Below are positions 12,106-26,365 of a stretch of 64,000 nt of DNA, piece after piece. Location: the NCBI RefSeq assembly GCF_009914755.1, contig NC_060946.1. One strand, written 5' to 3'. Below the pieces are notes generated by a model. That model was not told the DNA's origin. It was given only the letters and a program-made list of their open reading frames with translations, and searched no databases. The position numbers and the translations under genes are program-made. Positions within the stretch are counted from its first letter, which is position 1. Every line of letters begins with the position of its first letter. The DNA is from the human T2T-CHM13v2.0 reference genome, Homo sapiens.

Positions 12106-12939
12106 ACATTTATGTGGTCAAGAAACACACAAAAAGGAAAAAGAAAAAAGCTCATCATCACTGATGATTAGAGAAATGCAAATCAAAACCACAATGGGAT
12201 ACCATCTCACACCATTTGGAATGGCAGTTATTAAAATGTCAGGAACAACAGATGCTGGTGAGGCTGTGGAGAAATAGAAACGCTTTTACACTGCTGGGGG
12301 CGGGGGTGTAAATTACTTCAACCATTATGGAAGACAGTGTGGTGATTCCCTAAGTATCTAGAACCAGAAATACCATTTGACCCAGCAATCTTATTACTGG
12401 GTATATACCCAAAGGAATATAAATCATTCTAGCATAAAGACACATGCACTCATATATCTATTGCAACACTGTTTACAATAACAAAGACTTGGAACCAACT
12501 TAATGCCCATTATTGATAGACTGGAAAAAGAAAATGTGGCACATATACACCGTGAAATAATATTCAGCCATAAAAAGAATGAGTTCATGTCCTTTGCAGG
12601 GACGTGAATGACGCTGGAAACCATTCTCTTCAGCAAACTAACACGGGAACACGAAACAAAACACCATATGTTCTCACTCATATGTGGGAGTTGAACAATG
12701 AGAACACATGGACACCGGGAACAAAACATCACACACTGGGGCCTGTTAGGGGGTTGAGGTCAAGGGGAGGGAGAAAATTAGGACAAATACGTAATGCATA
12801 TGGGGCTTAAATCCTAGACGTCAGGTTGATAGAAGCAGCAAACCACCATGGCACATGTAAACCTATGTAACAAACCTGCACGTTCTGCACATGTATTCCA
12901 GAACTTAAAGTAAAACAAACTAACAAAAATGCACTAAGG

Positions 12940-13570
12940 CTGAGGGGGAGTGGGGTAAGGGCAGGAGTCAGGCGGGGGTGGGTGCGTCCTGGAGTTTTAT
13001 CCAGTCATTGACACCGATGTGGGAACCGCCCAATCAGGCGCGCAGTTGGAGAGGACAGGAGAGGAGGGCGTGCCTTCCGGCGTTTGGCGGGATCTTTGTC
13101 TCCCGCTGGTGCTGGCACAGGAACTTGGGATCCGTCTCCTCTTTCGCCTCCTCCACTTTGGGAGCCCCGGGCTACTCTCTCACAGCCCCTGTTGCCCTGT
13201 GATCTGTAGGTCCTTGGGGACGCACAGTTAAGATGACAGGACATCCTGGAAGCTGGGAAATGGTGAGTATACGGGGTTCGGCATCCCGAGAGGGGAGAGC
13301 AGGCTGTGAAACCGGCAGGACCGGCCTCCCCACGGTTAGCTCCGAGTCTCCCGCAGCTTGGCCCTCAGTCCCCTGTGGCTGCAAGATGGCCGCTGGGCCA
13401 GCAGCGAGGACCCCCACGTCCCGTCCGGCCCATCCGGTGCTGTCCCTGGGCAGCGCCCTGCTCTGCGCCCACAGCCATGAGTATTTCCCAGATTGTTCAG
13501 GGAGGCCTGGTGGGTCATCAGGGAAAATCCGCGACTGGGTGTTTGCGTGGGAGGAGCTGCGGCCCGTGGG
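12940..13570 (+). promoter_or_regulatory. CpG-rich KRAB-ZNF-type promoter
   Basis: Local CpG enrichment; GC boxes, CCAAT (ccgcccaatca ~13026), ETS-like ccttccgg (~13073), YY1-like caagatggccgc (~13382). Confidence 0.75.
13085..13262 (+). pseudogene. First exon of a ZNF91-subfamily-like KRAB zinc-finger (pseudo)gene
   Basis: tttggcgggatctttgtctc...ctgtgatctgtaggtccttggggacgcacagttaagATGacaggacatcctggaagctgggaaATG|gtgagt encodes MTGHPGSWEM, like the MPG(H/P)PGSxEM exon 1 of that family; perfect donor at 13263. Confidence 0.85.
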
Positions 13571-13586
13571 GTCCCCAGTCTCTCTT

Positions 13587-14100
13587 GTTAAAAATTAAGG
13601 GGAGTCTATGTTAAAACGTTAACCAGTTTATCTGAACAAAGAGTGATTGGTGAAATGGAAAGCACCCAGCCATGATTTCTGGTCCACCAGAGGGGCATAA
13701 AGGAAAGGCTTTCATAAGATGCATGAGAAAGCAGCCCAAATTCAAAAATTGGTTCCAGTTATGTAGTCACCTTATTTGAACTATCCAGATGGAAATGTCC
13801 TGGTTACATATTCAGAGGTTAATTGCATGTTTGCCATTGGTTAAACGTGCATTTTGTTTCAGGCTAAGATAATGGTTTATAGGAAATGTATTTGAGTTAG
13901 GTTTTAGTTTTTTTTTTTTTTTTAACCTATGAACCCAGGACACTAGAGCCACTTTAGTCTAATTTTCTGCTCTTTAATTATTTTAACTCTCCAGAGGAGG
14001 ACTGGTTTTCTCCTGTGTTTTTTTTACTATATGGCAAGTGGAACCTCTAATCGACCACCCTGTTTTTCAGCCTAACTCAGGCTTGCGGTAAAATTATCAG
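13587..14100. mobile_element. Probable ERV1-class LTR remnant (family unassigned)
   Basis: tgttaaaa start, tttatctgaacaaagagtgattggtgaa resembles MER4-group LTRs. Confidence 0.4.
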
Positions 14101-14556
14101 TTCCCACTTTCTTTGCTGCATTCTCAAATGCAACACAGGAGAACAGCTTTCCCTTGCCAATTTACAATGCTGTTAACTATTTGTCCTTTATTATACATTT
14201 CATTAAAGTTTTCTATTATTGGATTTCTTTCTACTTCTCCCTACAGTTCTGCCCGTATTTTCTTTTTATATTTAGAAGCCTCCCTTTTGGGTGCATAAAT
14301 ATATATAGCTATATTCACTTGACAAATTAACCTCTATTATTATTGTATGGTAAACTCATTTCATGCTTGTGAGAGACATTGCTAGAAAGTCTATTTTGTC
14401 TAATTTAAGCATAACTACCATTGGACTCCTTTGGCTATTATTTGCATGGAATATCATTTTCTATCCTTTCACTTTTAGCCTATGCTCTTAATTCATAATT
14501 GAGTCTCTTGTAAGCAGCAGATTACGAGGTTTAAAAGTTTCATTTATCCACTCTAT

Positions 14557-14922
14557 CTGCTTTAGTCTCTTTTGACTGTTATAACAGAATATCACAGACT
14601 GGTAATTAATAAAGAACAGAATTTTATTTGACTCATGATTCTGGAGTCTGGGAAGGTAAAAGAACATGTTACTGGTATCTGTTGAAGGTCTAGTTGCTGG
14701 ATAATAACATGGCCAAAGATGTGAGGGAGAGAGAGCTTTTTTTTTTTTTAATATATAACAGATCCATTCTTGTTAAAATTAGCCCATTCCCATAATAAGA
14801 ACATTAATCCATTCATGAGGGCAGAGTGCTTATAGCTTAATTAATTTTTAAAGGTTCCACCTCTTAATTCTATCACATTGGCTATTTTATCCTAAATTTT
14901 GGAGATGACATTCAGTCTACAG
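14557..14922. mobile_element. MaLR LTR (MLT1A/MST-like)
   Basis: ctgttataacagaatatcacagactggtaat...ttctggagtctgggaag...attaatccattcatgagggcagag...acattcagtctacag. Confidence 0.8.
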
Positions 14923-15064
14923 AAGTATCTGTTTAGTAGATAATTTAATCTTTTTATTTGTAAGGTAGTGATAGGTAAGCAGTTACTATTGTACATTTGT
15001 AGTTTTCTGTCCATTTTAAGTTTGCTTCTTTTTTTTCTGGTTCTGTCTTTCCTGTGGTATTGTT

Positions 15065-15285
15065 CATTTTTGTTGAGACAAAGTTATGCTTTCTTGCTCA
15101 GACTGAAGTTCAGTGGCATATCACAGCTCACTGTAGCCTCAATCTCCTGGGCTCAAGCAATCCTCCCCCCTTAGCCACCCAAGTAGCTTGGACTACAGAC
15201 ACGTACCACAACACCCAAGGAGCTTATGATTCTTCCACCTTGGCCTCCAAAAGTGTTGGAATTATAAGCAGGAGCCACTGTATCC
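15065..15285 (-). mobile_element. AluJ (internally deleted)
   Basis: gctcactgtagcctcaatctcctgggctcaagcaatcctcc. Confidence 0.85.
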
Positions 15286-16540
15286 AATGTGTAATTTTTG
15301 TTGTTTGTGTATGCTTTAATTACTTTCTCTTTTTCTTTACTATGTTTTTTTTTCCCCCAGTGGTTATCATGAGACTTATGTAAAACCTCTTGTATTTTAA
15401 TAGTCTAGTTTAAGATGATAACAATTTAGAGTATTCTGAATTTCAGTATGTATTTACCATTTTTAGTGACATTTATACTTTAGTATTTTTCATATTGTTA
15501 GTTAGCATTTCGTCATATCAATGTGAAGATTTCTTCCAGACCATGGCTGGAGAAGGAAAGAAGGTGTGTTTTGCCTGATTCAGGGACTATAGAGAGAACC
15601 AAGTTCTGCAGGCCTGTCACCTAAGTCTCAGATGAGTATGAATTCTCTTGTGTTTTTCACAGATTTTTGCAGTGGCAGGACCAAGTTCAAACGAGTCATA
15701 GCCAAGTCTACAGTAAGATGTGGTAGTATTCTGTTTTGAACCGAGGACCATGATTGGCAAGCTTGCCACTTGGTCAAGTACTTACCCTCTAAAGATGTCT
15801 TCCTTGGTCTTTGCCTCCAGCTGGGTGTCACAAACTCTGAACTGGATTCTAAGGCTTTCATGAATGCACTTATGTTTCCTGTGGCAGCTGCATTATGTTG
15901 TGGGGGATGTGCATGCCGAACCTCCCATTCTGTCGTCTTGCTTATGTTACTCTCCTTTATGTTTCACTTTCTCAAATGAATGTCAAGCTGGTGATTTTTA
16001 GATTCAAAAATTCTAAAATAAATTGCTCAAATTTCCACATTATGTAAGCTATTAATAAAATGTCTTGTAGGTGCTACATATTCATTAAAATTTTTGGTTG
16101 TAATTTTAAGCTCACTGCAGGCAGAATGGAATCATTAACATTTATATTCTTTTTTTTAGTCTGTATCTAAATGATGGTATATTTTAATTCCAGATATTTA
16201 CTTTATACTGCAGTAATGCTCGTCATATTTTGCAAAATTTATGTTGTTCTTTTATTTGGAAATATAAGGCTTTTTTAGCTCCTGAAATCTATATTATAGT
16301 CATATAATTTTATTATGTTTTGTGGTAAGAAGTGCAGCAACATATTGAGAACATAATAAAATTATCCTGTATTTTTAATGATTATTTATTAAATTCCTCT
16401 CATTACAGCCTGTTATTAATGATTGTAATGTATTTTCTGTATAATTTTACTGCAATTTATTAAATTCTAATGACTTAAATTGTCTGCTTTTCATGAGTGC
16501 ACACAGTTGAATGCTGTAGATATCTAAAGAAATATTTTTC

Positions 16541-16848
16541 GGCCGGTTGTGGTGGCTCATGCCTGTATTCCCAGCACCTTGGGAGGCCAAGGCGGGTGGA
16601 TCACGAGGTCAGGAGATCGAGACAACCCTGACTAACATGGTGAAACCCCGTCTCTACTAAATATACAAAAAATTAGCCGGGCATAGTGGCAGGCGCCTGT
16701 ATCCCCAGCTACTCAGGAGGCTGAGGCAGGAGAATGGCGTGAACTCAGTGGACAGAGTTTGCAGTGAGCCGAGATCGCGCCACTGCACTCCAGCCTGGGC
16801 AACAGGGCAAGATTCTGTCTCAAAAAAAAAATAAAAAAAAAAACAAAA
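16541..16848 (+). mobile_element. AluY/Sc
   Basis: ggatcacgaggtcaggagatcgagac...ggagaatggcgtgaac; A-tail. Confidence 0.95.
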
Positions 16849-17174
16849 CGGTTATTTTCCATTGTAAATCTATGTTGTATTCAGGATTTTATGCATGAAA
16901 ATCTCTCTTCTTATTTTCAATTCCGTGTTATTGTGTTTCTTTTCTTGGGAGTTATGTTTTCTCAGATCAGTTAAATGTATTTTTATTTTAAAACTTGATA
17001 TCATCAGTTGAAAGATAATTTTTAGCTCGGTACACTTTATCTCAATGTGATGTTTAATATATGTGTGAATTAGCTGTGTTTGTTGCTTATAGATATATCT
17101 GTATGTTTTTCACTTATGTAAGTATGACATCTTTTTCCTTGTTTTTTTTTTTTTTTTTCAGTTTCAGATAGGCT

Positions 17175-20100
17175 TTTTTTTTTTTTTTAAGAGAATTTTA
17201 AAACAGAGTCGAAAGAAGAGAAATCAGTTATTTGTCCTCTTGCAGGGTGGGGAGACAACTTCCTTCCCCACAGGTTTGAGGCTATGCCTAAGTGGTGAGT
17301 CTTGAGGAGATGCAGAAAGGATCCATCCCAGGCACTTGGCTGGACTTAAGTAAGCATAGCCTTTGGGCCACAAGACCTGATGGTTTGGGTACTGGTCTGG
17401 ACATAAGTCCCCATCTTCCCAGAAATATCGTCTTTTGTCTGCAACAACTGGCTGGAGAAATATTTCAGAAAGATATGTGTCTGGAACACCCAAAGGCATA
17501 CTTTTCCTTTCTCCTTGGCATAGGCCTTGCAGCACTGAAGAAAGACCAGGTTTGCAATGGAGCCTTCAACAGTCTTCATCCCTATGGAACTCAGGGTCTC
17601 ATAGGGTGACAGGAGAGGAGACAAAGCTAACTTGGGAAGAGTCTTTGTCCTTCAGCTTCTCCCCTACTGAAACACTATATATTGGGCCCACAGTTCATCA
17701 CAAAACACACATGCTCTCTTTCTTTCTCTCACACCCACATCTTGGGAACCCAAAAAACTTGATGGCAGGTAGCTCTGGGTATCCTTGGTCTGGCATTCAC
17801 CCACTGGGAATCTAAGCTGTCCTAAAGCTCTTTTCAATCACTTCTCACTGTTTCCAGGCCCATGTGGGTAGGTGTTCCAGGCTTCATTCTTTCAGGCTGA
17901 TCATAAAGGCACAGTGTGGGAAAATCCCCTACTGTGATGGCCATTGCTGGGAAGCAGGAAAGGCTAAGGGCCCACTGCTGCCCAAGGCTAGTGTAGACAC
18001 CCTCTGCTCCACTCATGTCCTCAAAGACTGATATCAGGTGCAGCAGCTGCTGTCTGGAATGTTATCAAACCAGGACTGCACAGGCACTGCATTCTCTGTG
18101 TGGAAGACATAAGAAGCAGGCGAGTTGTCCAGGATGAGAGTTTTCCTCAGGTCCCTCCCCAGATGGCTGAGGTCATTGACATAGCAGCCCTGGTGGAACA
18201 AACGTAACTCATGCGCTAGGCAACCCGAGAACACCTCACACTGGTCCAGCACACCCATCACAATGTGTCTGGAATTGGTGGGTTCTTGTTCTCACTGACT
18301 TCAAGAATGAAGCCACAGACCCTCACGGTGAGTGTTACAGTTCTTAAAGGTGGCATGTCTGGAGTTTGTTCCTTCTGACATTCGGATGTGTTGAGAGTTT
18401 CTTCCCTCTGGTGGGCTCGTGGTCTCGCTGGCTCAGGAGTGAAGCTGCAGACGTTCGCGGTGAGTGTTACAGCTCTTAAGGTGGCACATCTGGAGTTGTT
18501 CATTCCTCCAGGTGGGTTCGTGGTCTCGCTGGCTTCAGGAGTGAAGTTGTGGACCTTCACAGTGAGTGTTACAGCTCATAAAGGCATTGTGGACCCAAAG
18601 AGTGAGCAGCAGCAAGATTTATTGCAAAGAGCAAAAGAACAAAGCTTCCACAGTGTGGAAGGGGACCCGAGTGGGTTGCCACTGCTGGCTGGGGCAGCCT
18701 ACTTTTATTCCCTTATCTGGCCCCACCCACATCTTGCTGATTGTTAGAGCTGAGTGGTCTTTTTTCACAGGGCGCTGATTGGTGTGTTTACAATCCCTGA
18801 GCTAGACACAAAGGTTCTCCACATCCCCACCAGTGTAGCTAGATACAGAGTGTTGATTGGTGCATTCACAAACCCTGAGCTAGACACAGGGTGCTGGTTG
18901 GCATGTTTACAAACCTTGAGCTAGATACAGAGTGCTGATTGGTGTATTTACAATCCCTGAGCTAGACACAAAGTTTCTCCACGTCCCCACAAGACTCAGG
19001 AGCCCAGCTGGCTTCACCCAGTGGATCCCCCACAGGGTCTGCAGGTGTAGCTGCCTGCCAGTCTGGCACTGTGCACCCGCACTTCTCAGCCCTTGGGTGG
19101 TTGATGGGACTGGGTGCCGTGGAGCAGGGGGCGGCACTCATCCAGGAGGCTTGGGCACACAGGAGCCCACGGATGGTGGGGAGGCTCAGGCATGGCAGGC
19201 TGCAGGACCCGAGCCCTGCCCTGTGGGAAGGCAGCGAAGGCCCAGCGAGAAATTGAGCACAGCAGCTGCTGGCCGAGGTGTTAAGCCCCTCACTGCCTGG
19301 GGCCGGTGGGGCCAGCCGGCGGCTCCAAGTGCGGGGTCCGCCGAGCTCGCGCTGGCCTGCAAGTACTGCACACCGCCCTGGTTCCCACACGCACCTCTCC
19401 CTCCACACCTCGTCGCAAGCTGAGGGAGCCGTCTCTGACCTTGGCCAGCCCAGAAAGGGGCTCCCACAGTGCAGCGACAGGCTGAAGGGCTCCTAAAGTG
19501 CCGCCAAAGTGGGAGCCCAGGCAGAGGAGGCCCCGAGAGCAAACAAGGGTTGTCAGGACTGCCAGCACGCTGTCACCTCTCAACAGGATCTGCATACTTG
19601 TTCAGGCTGGAATGAAGAGAGCAATGAAGAAAACACATTTAAACAGTTCCTCCAGTCATCTCAGGAACTCATCCATATAAGGCCTCATGGTCCCCTCAAT
19701 CTTTACAGTCACTACGCAGTCAGCATTGCTGATTGGCTTAATGGAGCTATGCACAAGGGTTTCATCCATGTCAGTGACCATACACATCTTTCCTTGATTT
19801 TTCTCTGTCACCTCTGGGAGCAGGCAGGTCCCTGGGATCTGATAAAACTGATACTGGAGACCCTGGAGCTGATCCGACTTAGCAATGGTGTTGACTCCCT
19901 CCTTATGTGTGGAGAACTCAGTGGGGGAACTTGACTTGCCAACATGCTGGGTGCAAGAACAGCAGAAAGTTACCTTCTAAGATGTGACAAACATGAGACC
20001 TCTTCGGAGAGCACTTTGGAAACCAGGCCTTGCTTGCTAAGGACCAGGGCATCTTCCCTCCATGCCTGGGTGGTGATGGAGCCTGGTTCCATCTAACAAT

Positions 20101-20380
20101 CCTGAGGGCTCGGCTGGCTGGCTGGGAAGACAGCGGGCACGTTGGCTGGACTGGGCTGGGGGGCATGGGCTGGGGCCTGATTCAGTTCCCGAGAGTCTGA
20201 CTTCCACAGCTGTTCACATACCCCTTCTCCTTTCCATCACAGGCCAGGAAGGGAGGCGGCCTGTAGGGACGGTGGACGGCCTTGGCAGCAGCTCCCCAGG
20301 GTGCCCCCAGCCCCAAATCCCCCAGCAGGAGCTTCAGGATCCTCAGTTTGGGTCTAACATAGGGAATCCACCTCATACTC
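17175..20380 (-). pseudogene. CTDSP2: Processed CTDSP2 (SCP2 CTD phosphatase) pseudogene, split by LTR12
   Basis: Intronless minus-strand homology: ATG at 20092 MEPGSITTQAWREDALVLSKQGLVSK; DMDETLVHSS (HAD DxDxT motif); RPYMDEFLR*; [45 protein letters not shown]; ancestral stop near 17964; UTR-like flanks and poly(A) (T-run ~17175-17188); internal stops and frameshifts. Outer boundaries approximate. Confidence 0.95.
18264..19582 (-). mobile_element. Solo LTR12 (ERV9 LTR, LTR12C/D-like)
   Basis: Minus strand starts TGAGAGGTGACAGCGTGCTGGCAGTCC and ends GAACCCACCAATTCCAGACACA; ~41-bp CCAAT-containing tandem repeats (gtgctgattggtgtatttacaatccctgagctagac); 4-bp TSD acaa/acag. Confidence 0.96.
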
Positions 20381-23375
20381 ATGTTTTTTCAAGTTTTATT
20401 TTAAGTTCAGTGGTCCATATGTGATAAGCTTTTTTTTCAACTTTTATTTTAAGTTTAGGGGTCCATGTGCAGGCTATGCAGGTCTCTTACATAGATAAAC
20501 GTGTGCCATTGTGGTTTACTGCACAGATCATCTCATCACCTAGGTACTAAGCCCAGCATCTGCAGCTATTCTTCCTGCTGCTCTCCTTCCCCTCCCCCAT
20601 GCCATGAAACAGGTGTCCAGTGTGTGTTGTTCTTCCTGATGTGTCCATGTGTTCTCATTGATCTGCTTCTGCTAACAAGTTAGAATAATAATAGGTGGTG
20701 TTTGTTTTTCTGTTCCTGCATTAGTTTGCTGGGAGTAATGGCTTCAAATTCCAACCATGTCCCTGCAAGGGACATCATCTCATTACATTTTATGGCTTCA
20801 CAGTGTTCCATGGTGTATGTGTACCACATTTTCTTTATCCAGTATATCATTGATGGACATGTAGATTGATTACATGACGTTGCTATTGTAAATATTGCTG
20901 CAATGAACATATGTATACATGTTTATTTAAAATAGATTTATATTCCTTTAGGTGTATGTCCAGTAATAATATTGCTGGGTCAAATGGTATTTCTGCTTCT
21001 AGGTCTTTGAGGAATCTCTGCACTCTCTTCCACAATGCTTGAAATAATTTACAATCCCACCAACAGTGTAAAAGTGTTCCCTTTTCTCCACAACCTCACC
21101 AGCATCTGTTTTTATTTCTTTTTTACTTTTTATTAATAGACATTGTAATTGGTGTGAGATGGTATCTCATTGTTGTTTTGATGTGTATTTATCCAGTTAT
21201 CAGTGATGTTGAACTTTCCATGTTTGTTGGGCACATGTATGTCTTCTTTTGAGATATGTCTGTTCATGTCCTTTGACCACTTTTTAATGAGGTTGTTTGT
21301 TTTTCTCTTGTAAATTTTAAGTCCCTCATAGATTCTGGGTATTACACATTTGTCAGATGAATAGGTTGCAAAATTTTTCTCCCATTCTCTAGCTTTTCTG
21401 CTCTGATGATAGCTTCTTTGGCTCTGCAGAAGCTCTTTAGTTTAATTAGACCCCATTAGTCAATTTTTGCTTTTGTTGCTATTTCTTTTGGTCTTTTTGT
21501 CATCAAATCTTTCCTCTTGCCTATATCCTGAATGGTATTATCTAGATTTTTTCTTCTAAGGTTTTTATAGTTTTGGGTTTTACATTCAAGTCTTTAATCC
21601 ATCTTGAGTCAATTTTTGTCTATGGTGTTAGGAAGGGTTCCAGTCTTAATTCTCTGCACATGACTAGCCAGTTATCCTAGCACCACTTATTGAATAGGGA
21701 GACTTTTCCCTAATTGTTTTTTTTTGTTGACTTTGTCAAATATCAGGTTGTTGAAGGTTTTTGTCTTTATTTCTATGCTCTCTATTTTGTTTCATTTGTC
21801 TATGTGTCTGTTTCTATACCAGTACCATGCTGTTTTTGTTACTGTACTCTTCTAGTACAGTTTGAAGTTAGGCAATGACCCTTTCAGCTTTTTCTTTTTT
21901 TTCTTAAGGTTGGCTTGGCCATTTGGGCTCTTTTTTGGTTCCATATGGATTTTAAAAAGTTTTTTTTTTTCTAATTATCTGAAGAATGTCAGTAGTTCAA
22001 TGGGAACAGCATTGAATCTATAAATTACTTAGGGCAATATGCTCATATTCGTGGTACTGATTCTTTCTCTCCGTGAGCATGGAATGTTTCTCCATTTGTT
22101 TTGTGTCCACTCTGTTTCCTCTGAGTAGTTGTTTGTAGTTCTCCTGGAAGATATCCTTCACTTTCCTTCTTAGCTGTATTCCTTGGTATTTTTTTCTCTT
22201 TATAGCAAATGTGAATGAAAGTTCATTCATGATTTGTCTCCCTGCTTGCCTGTTGCTTGTGTATGGGAATGCTTGCTACTTTTGCACATTGATTTTATAT
22301 CTTGAGATTTTGCTACTGCTGCTTATCACCTTAAGAAGCTTTGGGGCTGAGACGAAGAGGCTTTCTAGATATAGGGTCAGGTCATCTGTAAACAAAGATA
22401 ATTTGACTTTCTCTCTTTCTATTTGAATACTCTTTATTTCTTCCTCTGGCCTGATTTTCGTGGACAAGGTTTCCGAATGGGAGTTGTAATGGGAGTGGTG
22501 AGAGAGAGCATACTTTTCTTGTGCCGGTTTTCAGGGGGAATGTTTCCAGCTTTTGCACATTCAGTATGATATTGGCTGTGGGTTTGTTGTATATGGCTCT
22601 TATTATTTTGAGGTATGTTTCTTCAGTTCCTAGTTTATTGAGAATTTTAAACGTGAAGGAATGTTGAATTTTATTGGGTGCTTTTTCTGCATCTATTGAG
22701 GTAATCATGTGGTTTTTTAATTTAGTTTTCTTTATGTGATGAGTCACATTTGTTGATTTGCATATGTTGAATCAACTTGGCATCCTGGGGACAAAGCCAA
22801 TTCCATTGTGGTGGATGCACTTTTTAATGTGCTGCTGGGTTTGGTTTGCCAGTATTTTATTGAGGATGTTTGCACAGTGTTCATCAAAGACATTGGCATG
22901 ATGTGTTGTTGTTGTTGTTGTTGTTGTTGTATCTATGTTAGGTTTTGGTATCAGGATGATGCTGGCCTGATAGAATGAGTTAGAGAGAACTTCTTTGTCT
23001 TCAATTTTTTTTGGATAGTTTTAGGAGAAAATGTACTATCTCCTCTTTACCTCAAGTCAAATTCAGCTTGCTTGGTAGGCTAGTTCTTACTGCCTCAATT
23101 TCAGAACACATTATTGATCTATTCAGGGTTCACTCTTGTGGAGAGTTTATTTTGCAAGGAAATTGTCCATTTCTTCTAGATTTTCTGGTTTATGAGCATA
23201 GAGGTGTTTATAGTATTCTCTGATCATTGTTCTTATTTCCATGGGATCAGTGATGATATCTCCCTTATTATTTCTATTTGTGTTTGGTTCTTTCTTTTCT
23301 TATTTATTTGCCTAACTAGTGTTCCATCTAGTTTATAAATTTTTTTTTTTCATAAAAACAGCTCCTGGATTGGTT

Positions 23376-23378
<3 letters not shown>

Positions 23379-23428
<50 letters not shown>
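23379..23428. repeat. Pure T50 homopolymer
   Basis: Directly visible. Confidence 0.97.
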
Positions 23429-23429
<1 letters not shown>

Positions 23430-23574
23430 GAAGAGTTCTCAGTGTCTCTATCTCCTTCAGCTCTACTCTGATCTTGGCTATTTGTTATCTTCTGCTAGCT
23501 TTCAGGTTTGTTTTCACTTGGTTTTCTTGTTCTTTTAACCAAGATGTTAGGCTGTTAACTTTAGATCTTTCTAA

Positions 23575-23883
<309 letters not shown>

Positions 23884-24236
23884 TGATGTGGACATTAGTG
23901 CTATAAATTTCCCTCTTTTCTTGGTTTCTAGTGATTATTTTATTCTATCTTGGTGAGTAGTCAGGGAAATAATCTTAAATTTACAATCAACTTATAGTTT
24001 AAATCTAAATAATTAAGTGAGAAGAACCCTTTGTTATTTGAAGGGGATGTTTGAAGATTTTGTAACCGTGCCTTTTAGGTAGTCCTAAATTTCTAATTGT
24101 AGTTAAAAACATGCCATTTTCATTTCTAACATTTTAAGTATATGGTTTAGAAGTGGTAAGTATAGTTCTATTTTTTTTGCAATAGGTTTTAGATAATTTT
24201 TGTCTTACAAAAGTAAAAGTGAATACTCATTAATTC

Positions 24237-25417
<1,181 letters not shown>

Positions 25418-26087
25418 TCTTGGTGCACTGCTGAGACTACAACACTTGGTTTCTTTGAGTTTGACTAAATATTTTACATAGGTGTAATTATACAGTTTTC
25501 CTTTTTGACTGTCTTGTTTTACTTAACAGAATGTTTTCGAGATTTGTCCTTATTGTAGTACTTTTCAAGATTTCCTTATTTTTAAGGCTGAATGCTATCC
25601 AGTGAATATACGTGCCCTGTTTGTTGAATCTACTCATCGTTAAAGGTACATTTGCTTCCAGGTAGTATGTTTGTGAGTAATGCTACAGTGTACATAAATG
25701 TGCATATATCTATTCCATGTTCTGCTTTGCCTGTTTGGGATATTTTTCACACACTGATTTAGTACCATGTGTATTCCCTTGCTTTTGTTGTCTGATTCGT
25801 TGATGTTACATCCCCCAAATTATTGCCGAGACCAATTGTCATGAAGCTTCACCCTTCTGTATTGTGCTAGGAATTTTACAGCTATAGATTTTACATTATA
25901 GTCTTCATATTTTAAAATTGACACATGTAATTGTACAAATTTTGGGGAAACAATTATGTATATATGTTGTATAGCAATAAAAATCAGAGTACTTAGTGTA
26001 ATTATTGCCTCATACATTTGTTATTTTTGTGGTGAGAACATTCAAAAGCTTCTTCTCTAGCTATTTTTTTATATCTTTATATATTAA

Positions 26088-26365
26088 CTTTTTTTAGAGA
26101 CAGGATCTTGCTCTAACACACAGATTGGAGTGCAGTGGTGCAATCCTAGCTCACTGTAACCTCAAACAATCTTCTAACCTCAGCTTCCCAATTAGCTGAG
26201 ACTACAGGAACCTGCCTCCATGCCTGGATAATGTTTTAATTTTTCATAGAGACAGGGTCACACTATGTTGTCCAGGCTCATCTTGAACTTCTGACGTCAA
26301 GTGATTCTCCTACCTCATTCTCCCAAAATGTATGGATGGCAGGAATGTGCCACCACAACTGGTCT
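26088..26365 (-). mobile_element. AluJ
   Basis: agagacaggatcttgctc...ggagtgcagtggtgcaatcctagctcactg. Confidence 0.88.

Larger units (their letters stand above)
10945..12929 (+). mobile_element. 5'-truncated L1PA (L1PA7/8-like) 3' end, interrupted by an Alu and a GAA repeat
   Basis: ORF2 C-terminal motifs (gacttcaaactatactacaaggct; aaaaccctagaagaaaacctaggcaataccattcaggacataggc) and 3'UTR ending cagaacttaaagta. Confidence 0.95.
14200..15520 (-). mobile_element. Old L1M fragments (host to MaLR LTR and AluJ)
   Basis: ttgggtgcataaatatatatagc, tttggctattatttgcatggaatatc typical of reverse L1 ORF2. Confidence 0.65.

Noticed and set aside
11822-12164. Poly-K/E, poly-S/F and poly-F/L ORFs
   Set aside because: Translations of the GAA repeat plus Alu; not genes
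15529-15631. Possible degenerate KRAB-A exon (attcaggga...gagaac)
   Set aside because: No convincing TFRDVA/EEW/YRDVMLENY translation; donor is atgagt
18770-18975. Regularly spaced ~41-bp repeats resembling an array
   Set aside because: Known LTR12 enhancer tandem repeats without unique spacers; not CRISPR
18258-19595. Cluster of 100-160 aa overlapping ORFs
   Set aside because: All lie within the GC-rich LTR12
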